A DNA stretch of 12,753 bases from an uncultured Deferribacteres bacterium (GTDB lineage Bacteria > Zhuqueibacterota > Zhuqueibacteria > Zhuqueibacterales > Geothermadaptataceae). The stretch's first letter is position 1; every line of letters begins with the position of its first letter. Shown piece after piece: positions 6,924-12,753 of this stretch. Position numbers and translations under genes: made by a program. The stretch is from contig CAXHAT010000214.1 in the NCBI GenBank assembly GCA_964014485.1, positions 1 through 12,753 of the forward strand. Direction: 5' to 3'. The notes under the pieces were generated by a model, which was given only the letters and a program-made list of their open reading frames with translations, was not told where the DNA came from and searched no databases.

Positions 6924-7604
6924 TTAATCGCCTGTTTGCGATTTCGCCGCTTTTTTGAGCTTTTCGTTCGCCCAAATAGCGACTTCAACACGGCGATTTT
7001 GCTGACGCCCCGCCGCCGTTTCATTATCCGCGACAGGTTGAGTTTCACCGTAGCCGGTCGTCGAAACGCGCCCGTTGATCACGCCTTCTCCGGCCAGATG
7101 TTTCATAACGGACGCGGCCCGCTGCTCGGAGAGCTTTTGGTTATAATCTTCGCCGCCTTGAGAATCCGTGTGGCCTTCCAGCAGAATGTTTGTGTCTTCG
7201 TATTTGTTGAGAATCGTCGCCAAATTGGAAAGGTTTTCCTGGCTGACCGACTTGAGCTCGGCCTTATTAACGTCAAACAGAATCCCCGAATCGAACGTAA
7301 TTTTGATGCCTTCGCCGACGCGTTCGATTTTGGCGCCGTCCAAATCGCGACGCATTTCTTCGGCTTGTTTATCCATGTAATTACCGATGTACGCGCCCGC
7401 CGCTCCGCCGACGGCCGCGCCCAGAATGGCGCCAAGCGCTGTATTTCCGGCTTTTTTGCCGATCACCCCGCCAATAACGCCGCCCGAAGCCCCGCCAATA
7501 ATCGCGCCTTTCTGCTTTTTGTTGAGAGATGAGCAGCCCGCGCCAAAAATAAGTGATGCTGCAACAAGGAGATAAATCGTCTTCCTTAACATGATTTTCC
7601 TCAT
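6924..7604 (-). CDS. OmpA-family lipoprotein with glycine zipper (YiaD-like architecture)
   Basis: Lipobox GAGC; glycine zipper GAIIGGASGGVIGGVIG...GAILGAAVGGAAGAYIG; OmpA C-terminal motifs LFDVNKA, EGHTDS.G...YN..LSEQRA..V and NRRVEV. Start may be 7592. Confidence 0.95.
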   Translation of the reverse strand: MRKIMLRKTIYLLVAASLIFGAGCSSLNKKQKGAIIGGASGGVIGGVIGKKAGNTALGAILGAAVGGAAGAYIGNYMDKQAEEMRRDLDGAKIERVGEGIKITFDSGILFDVNKAELKSVSQENLSNLATILNKYEDTNILLEGHTDSQGGEDYNQKLSEQRAASVMKHLAGEGVINGRVSTTGYGETQPVADNETAAGRQQNRRVEVAIWANEKLKKAAKSQTGD

Positions 7605-7855
7605 CGTGAGTTTCTTGAAGAATTATGCCGGGAAGATGATAGATTGTTCAAAAACAATCAATGAAATATTTTGTAAAACTAATTTCACTTGCCAGTTGTA
7701 AGCGCCGGATTCGCTACGCTTCATTCGCCCGAAGCTTAAGTTCTCATGTTACGCACACGTCGTTTGGCGCGCACGATCAAAGCCTGCGGGCAACTTTTGA
7801 CTCTCATTAGAGGGCCGTCCAAAAACAAGGCGCCCGAATAGCAGGCATACCATAT

Positions 7856-7883
7856 GTAAGGGTTCAAAATCTTGAACCCCTAC
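7856..7883. repeat. GTAG-type REP-like palindrome
   Basis: GTAAGGGTTCAAAATCTTGAACCCCTAC (reads GTAGGGG... on the minus strand), lying between degenerate inverted ends at 7811-7827 and 7914-7930. Confidence 0.6.
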
Positions 7884-8006
7884 GACATGTTGTGTGGCGA
7901 TTTAAAGGTTTTATGTTTTGAGGCAGCCGTACTCCTAAAAAAAGTTACTCTGAAATCAACCAACCGCGTTGAGTCTCGCCATGCAAGCAACCGATGCAAC
8001 TCTAAC

Positions 8007-8139
8007 GAAACTGTCAAAAAAAGCCCGGAGTTCTCTTGCTTTAAGCATCTTTTTTGATCTAACTTTTGAGCACGATCTGTACTGGACGATAACAAAGATT
8101 TTTTCAAAATGACACGCAGGGCGCTTTTTCGATAGTCTC
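8007..8139. repeat. MITE/REP-like element family 2, copy B
   Basis: Imperfect TIRs GAAACTGTCAAAAAA / CTTTTTCGATAGTCTC; core similar to 1938-2017, including the 27-nt identity. Confidence 0.75.
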
Positions 8140-8212
8140 GGCCCTCTTCCAGAATTAGAAGCCGGGCACACCCCCAAGAAGGGCTGAATCGGCACGGTAC
8201 GGTCATATTTGA

Positions 8213-10636
8213 TTACTCATATTTCAAAGCGTCCACCGGATTTGACGAGGCGGCGCGAAAAGCCTGTGCACTGATGGTCGCAAGTGCGATGATGAGCGCG
8301 AGTCCGCCCGCGAGACCAAACGCCCACCACTCGAGATCAATGCGATAAGCGAAATTTTGCAGCCATTTATTCATCACAAACCAGGCGGCGGGCCAAGCGA
8401 CAAGATTGGCGACGATAACGAGCAAAACGAATTCGTGCGTCACCAGAGCAGCGATTTGGCGGTAGGAAGCGCCCAGAACCTTGCGCACGCCAATTTCCTT
8501 CGTTCGGCGATTCACTGAGAGCGTAACCAGCCCGAACAATCCCAGGCACGCCAGCAGCACGGCGATTGAAGATGAAGCATTAATGATGCTTGCCCAGCGG
8601 GACTCGCTGCGATATTGCCGCTCAACGTCTTCATCGATAAAGGCGAAATCGAACGGCGTGTTAGGCGCAACGCGCAGCCACACTTTCCGAATGCTCTCAA
8701 TCGTTCCCGGCACGTCCTTGCCGGAGAATCGGATGAGATAATCTCCCAAGCTCCACTCCGGCTCGAGCATTAGCATCATCGGCTTGATTTCCTGATGCAT
8801 CGAAAGAAAATGATAGTCTTTGACCACGCCGACCACGACGGGGCCGAGCGGATTTTGCTTTTTGTTCCAGCCTTCCAGTCTTTGCCCAACTGCATTTTCT
8901 TGCCAGCCAAATTCTTTTACGAACGCTTCGTTGACGATAATTGCGTCGTCCATGTCGGTGGCGAGTTCACGAGAAAAATTCCGCCCTTCCGCCAGTTCAA
9001 TATCAAGCAAGTCAATAAAGTCATGATCGATTTTGTACACAAAAGCGGACTTTTGCTCGCCCTTGTGCTCAAATCCGTTTACGCTCCAGCCGCGATTGAA
9101 CGAGGAGCTGACGCCGCTCACTTTTTCAATGTTCTGCGTGCGCAAAAGCTCGGCGCGCAGGCGTTCCAATCGGCTGACGCTTTCTTCCGGCGAACCGGCA
9201 AAGGAACGCATGCCCAGCACCAGGTCAGCGTTGTAGCCGAGGCTGCGAGTCATCATAAAATTTTGCTGTGCTTGCATAAAAATGGCGCAGACGATGAGAA
9301 AAATGGAGAGCCCGAATTGGAAAACAATCAAACTGCGCGTCAGCCTGTTTTTACCGCCCGTTCCTGATTTTCCCTTGAAAACTTCGACTGGCCTAAAACG
9401 CGACAGCCACGCCGCGGGATAGCTTCCGGCCAGCAGGCTGACGAACAGTACGACGCCGATCAATCCAAGCACGCCGGGGCCGTTGATGAGCAGATCAAAT
9501 TCCAGACTTTTGTTTGACAATTTGTTGAACAGGGGCAGGAAGTATTCCGCCAGAACAACGCCCAGAACGGCGGAAAAGCCAGTGAGCAAAACCGCTTCTC
9601 CCCAAAATTGTTTTTTGATTTGAAACCGCCCCGCGCCCAAGGCTTTGCGCACGCCGACTTCCAATGCGCGCGTACTCGAACGCCCGATAGCGAGAGTGAC
9701 GAAATTGATGCAGGCAATGATCAGAATGAGCGTGGCGATCCCGCCCAAAATCCAGGCGTACATGGGGTTGCTGACCGGCTCTTCGGAAAAACTGACGGCG
9801 CCGAGATGAATGTCAGTGATTGGCTGAAACGCTATCCGCATGGCGTCTTCGGCTTCGGTCATCCTGCCGCGTGAGCGCGCACGCTCAATCATGTCGCCCC
9901 AGTATTTTTGAATAAACGGCGAAAACTTGCTTTCCAAGGCGGAAACGTCGGCTGTTTTTGTCAATTGCACATAAACCGAACCGTTGAAGCTGGACCAGCG
10001 CGTCAGGCGTTGTTCATAAGTCGGGTAGGATGTGATGGGCAAAATCGCTTCAAATTGAATGCTGCTGTTTGAAGGCGCCGGTTGAATAACGCCGGTGACG
10101 ACGTGCATTCTTTTGCCTTGCCAGTGAGAAACTTCGATATTTTTGCCGACCGGCTCTTCATCGCCAAAGAACTTTTCAGCGATTTCCTGCGTGATGACGA
10201 TGGAATTCGGATCTGTGAGTGCGTCTTCGGCGCTTCCTTTGAGCAATGGAAACGAAAACATTTTGAGAAAACCGGGATGCGTGTAAGTCGCCTTGTGAAC
10301 CGCTGACAGTTCGCCGTAACTCAATGGATTACGTTCATTCAAAAGCATCGCCGCACTTTCAATTTCGGCAAATTCCTCAACAAGCGCCTGGGCCAGCGGC
10401 GCCGGTTGGTATGCTGACATTCGCTCTTCCCCGGAGGGCTTTTTCTCTATTTCGATAACCCGAAAAAGTCGATCTTTCTTCTCATGAAAATTGTCGAAAC
10501 GCAGCTCGTCCTGTACAAAAAGTAAGATCAGAACGGCGCAAGCCAGACCAAAGGACAGGCCAAAAATATTGATGATCGAGTAGGTTTTGTGGCGCACCAA
10601 ATTACGGAATGCGATTTTGAGATAATTTTTCAGCAT
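8213..10636 (-). CDS. ABC transporter permease, duplicated MacB-periplasmic/FtsX type (807 aa)
   Basis: Canonical N-terminus MLKNYLKIAFRNL..HK.YS.INI.GL..G. Two FtsX units (IACINF...R..EVGVRKALGA; LACLGLFGL...RRTKEIGVRKVLGAS). C-terminus NPVDALKYE. Start set to ATG 10636. Confidence 0.95.
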   Translation of the reverse strand: MLKNYLKIAFRNLVRHKTYSIINIFGLSFGLACAVLILLFVQDELRFDNFHEKKDRLFRVIEIEKKPSGEERMSAYQPAPLAQALVEEFAEIESAAMLLNERNPLSYGELSAVHKATYTHPGFLKMFSFPLLKGSAEDALTDPNSIVITQEIAEKFFGDEEPVGKNIEVSHWQGKRMHVVTGVIQPAPSNSSIQFEAILPITSYPTYEQRLTRWSSFNGSVYVQLTKTADVSALESKFSPFIQKYWGDMIERARSRGRMTEAEDAMRIAFQPITDIHLGAVSFSEEPVSNPMYAWILGGIATLILIIACINFVTLAIGRSSTRALEVGVRKALGAGRFQIKKQFWGEAVLLTGFSAVLGVVLAEYFLPLFNKLSNKSLEFDLLINGPGVLGLIGVVLFVSLLAGSYPAAWLSRFRPVEVFKGKSGTGGKNRLTRSLIVFQFGLSIFLIVCAIFMQAQQNFMMTRSLGYNADLVLGMRSFAGSPEESVSRLERLRAELLRTQNIEKVSGVSSSFNRGWSVNGFEHKGEQKSAFVYKIDHDFIDLLDIELAEGRNFSRELATDMDDAIIVNEAFVKEFGWQENAVGQRLEGWNKKQNPLGPVVVGVVKDYHFLSMHQEIKPMMLMLEPEWSLGDYLIRFSGKDVPGTIESIRKVWLRVAPNTPFDFAFIDEDVERQYRSESRWASIINASSSIAVLLACLGLFGLVTLSVNRRTKEIGVRKVLGASYRQIAALVTHEFVLLVIVANLVAWPAAWFVMNKWLQNFAYRIDLEWWAFGLAGGLALIIALATISAQAFRAASSNPVDALKYE

Positions 10637-10945
10637 GGCGAACAACCAGGTTAAAAACGAATGGACTTTGAACTGACAATTCTCGCGATTGGATTTCAAA
10701 AAACACGCCAGATGAATGATGAGGCGAAAAGACGTGCCTGGCGATTAATTCTCACCGCGGGCTAACCGAAAATGCAACACGCTCTGTACGATTGCGAACG
10801 TTGTTGGAGCATCGGCGGCAAATATTTTCTGCAAAACGCGTGAATCGCGGTAGATTTGATAAAAGGGAGTTTTTCTGGCTGTGATGACTGATTTTCATCA
10901 GTTCTTGAACAATAAATCTTCTCAACTTGCGGCAGGACGCTAATA

Positions 10946-11791
10946 GTGAGTCAAACACGGATCGAGGCCTTCCTCACGGAGCTGTCCACGAACGGCCCCT
11001 TGCGACGGCAGTTTAAATTTTTCCCCGCAGACGTACTCAACATTTACGGCTTCAGCGAAGACGAAAAGCGCACGCTGAAAACGCTCGACTGGAAACCCAT
11101 CTCGGAGTACATCAACCAAGCCTTTCAAAAGCGGCTTTCTTTTTTAAAGGCCAATATTCCGGGCGTTTGCATTCTGCTCGGCGATGCGCTCGAAACCACT
11201 TTCAGCGCGTTTTGCGAGCGTTTTCCGGTCAAGGCGAAAACTTCGGCGCAACAAGAGGCGCTGCAATTTATCGAGTACTTGACGTTCTATTCCGATTATC
11301 CAATTCCGGGCTACCCCTACGCAAACGACGTGCTCGATTTCGAAAAAACCCGCCTCGAGGTGACGCTCAACGCATCGCTCTCCAGCCGCTATTCGCTGAC
11401 GCCCAGCGAGATGGCGATTCTCGAAGGCGACGAATGGAAACTGCTCAAACCGCGAATAAACGAGGGTTTGTTGCTGAAACGCTACGCATATCCGATTGAC
11501 CGCATCATTCGAAAACTGACGAGCACGGAAAAGGTGCACCCCGACCCTGACGAGACTTGGGTCATTTTTCTACGTCGTCGGAAAAACGGCAAAACAATCG
11601 CACGCGGCGTCGCAGCAACGACGCGCCTGCTCATCACGCGCTGCGACGGGCGAACGCCGATCTACGATATTCTAGAGCGCATCCGCAACGAAGTTTTGCT
11701 CACGGGCAAACAACTCATTTACTTCGAGCACGATTGTCGGCATTTTTTGAAGAAGTTGGCGCAGGAAGGATTGTTGGAGTTGGTTGACTGA
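10946..11791 (+). CDS. Hypothetical protein resembling DUF2063/HvfC-like MNIO partners, with a C-terminal PqqD/RRE-like winged helix
   Basis: 281-aa ORF, GTG start, AGGA at 10934-10937. Pattern KR...LK..IP.....LG......F..F...FP......EAL.F.EYL.....P...DVLDFE; C-terminal YAYPI...TWVIFLRR...LLITRCDGRTPIYDIL...FLKKLAQEGLL. Confidence 0.65.
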   Translation: MSQTRIEAFLTELSTNGPLRRQFKFFPADVLNIYGFSEDEKRTLKTLDWKPISEYINQAFQKRLSFLKANIPGVCILLGDALETTFSAFCERFPVKAKTSAQQEALQFIEYLTFYSDYPIPGYPYANDVLDFEKTRLEVTLNASLSSRYSLTPSEMAILEGDEWKLLKPRINEGLLLKRYAYPIDRIIRKLTSTEKVHPDPDETWVIFLRRRKNGKTIARGVAATTRLLITRCDGRTPIYDILERIRNEVLLTGKQLIYFEHDCRHFLKKLAQEGLLELVD

Positions 11792-11840
11792 CCGCCTGAG
11801 AATGAGTGTGGCAAGCGAGCGATTGGATACACTCAGCGCG

Positions 11841-12741
11841 CTACTCAAAATCTTGAAAACCAAGCTTGCCCAAACCCGCCTTAATCTCCGGGGAAGACAT
11901 AAACAAATCCCACAACAGCCCGCTCCGGTAGTTCTCGATCATCACGATAATCGGGCCTTGATCAATAGCGAGATATTTTTGCGGGTACCAGTTTCCCTGC
12001 ACGCTGAATGCGTCGTAAAAACCAAGTTCGCCCCAAATTTTGTCGCCGTGATCGTAGTAAAAATGCTCGAGCGCCTGCATGGCAGGCTCCGGCGCATAGG
12101 GAAAAGATGAGAGCGCGGCGGTCGGCGAAATAACGCCGAAATCTTCCAGCCAGGGCTTGTGACCGGCGTAAAAATTGAGTGAATAACTCGAAGTCAGTCC
12201 CCAACAGTTTTCCCCGTAATCCGCGAAATTTTTGGGATTTTCAACGGCGTATTGCCAGTGAATCATGGCGTGATTGCGGTTGTGCTCCCAATAGTTTGCG
12301 TAGCGATCCTTTAATTTTCTCGGGTCCAATCCAAGAAACGAGTAATGCGCCCAGAAGAGCGGGCCGGTAAATTCTTCGGCGTAATTGTGGCGTAATGCGA
12401 TTTTGTAGCCGTACTTTTCCCCGCCGTAAGCAATCTCGCCGCCTTTCGCCCAGCCTTCGTGGTAAACTTCCGGCGGAACCGGGTGGGTCGGCGACGATGC
12501 GGCAAGTATGTACATAATCAGGCATTCGTTATAGCCCGTCACCGCGAAATTTTTCTCCCAGCCGTAGTTCGGCGACCAGTGCCAGTAGAGCACGTTTTCT
12601 TTATTTTTTCTGAACCAATCCCACTCAATCTCTCGCCACAGCGCGTCGATTTTGGCGGCCAGGCGCCGCTCCGCTTCATCGCCTTCCGCAAAGTATTGCC
12701 GCACGGTGAGAAGCCCTTGCATCATAAACGCGGTTTCCACC
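11841..12741 (-). CDS. Glucoamylase-like (DUF3131) / GH144 endo-beta-1,2-glucanase family protein, 5'-truncated
   Basis: Motifs VETAFMMQGLL..RQYF, LYWHWSP, GYNECLIMYILA, GPLFWAHYSFLGLDP, WGLTSS, ISPTAALSS, GFYDAF and YLAIDQGPI.VMIENYRSGLLW. The ORF-track 'start' is an internal Val; the N-terminus is missing. Confidence 0.88.
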
Positions 12742-12753
12742 CTGTCTCTTATA
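12742..12753 (+). other. Nextera/Tn5 mosaic-end adapter remnant (library artefact)
   Basis: Terminal CTGTCTCTTATA equals the first 12 nt of CTGTCTCTTATACACATCT and interrupts the GH144-like gene exactly at the end of the sequence. Confidence 0.9.

Noticed and set aside
3144..7756. Exact 13-mer TCATGTTACGCAC at 3144-3156 and 7744-7756 as a shared operator
   Set aside because: About one 13-mer match is expected by chance in 12.7 kb; it is not palindromic and may be a remnant of the family 1 element end.
12742..12753. Natural Tn5/IS50 insertion
   Set aside because: Matches the engineered mosaic end, lies at the exact sequence end, and no transposase is present.

Overview
Bacterial window (about 50% GC; gene content looks FCB-superphylum-like, which is only an inference), apparently at a contig end. 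Plus strand: an M29 aminopeptidase (352-1470); a 76-aa SelW/SelT/SelH (Rdx-family) selenoprotein absent from the ORF track (1632-1862, CxxU with in-frame TGA and a SECIS-like hairpin); a class A beta-lactamase-like lipoprotein; a lipoprotein whose C-terminal thioredoxin fold has WSGPS in place of WCGPC; a 661-aa secreted protein of unknown function; and a DUF2063/HvfC-like protein resembling a RiPP (MNIO/DUF692) partner but with no enzyme beside it. Minus strand: an OmpA-family lipoprotein, an orphan duplicated MacB/FtsX ABC permease and a 5'-truncated GH144-like beta-1,2-glucanase. The intergenic spaces hold several small REP/MITE-like elements, including two copies of one element whose internal spacer is inverted between copies. 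The last 12 nt are Nextera/Tn5 adapter sequence. All family calls are from motif recognition by eye; no searches were run.
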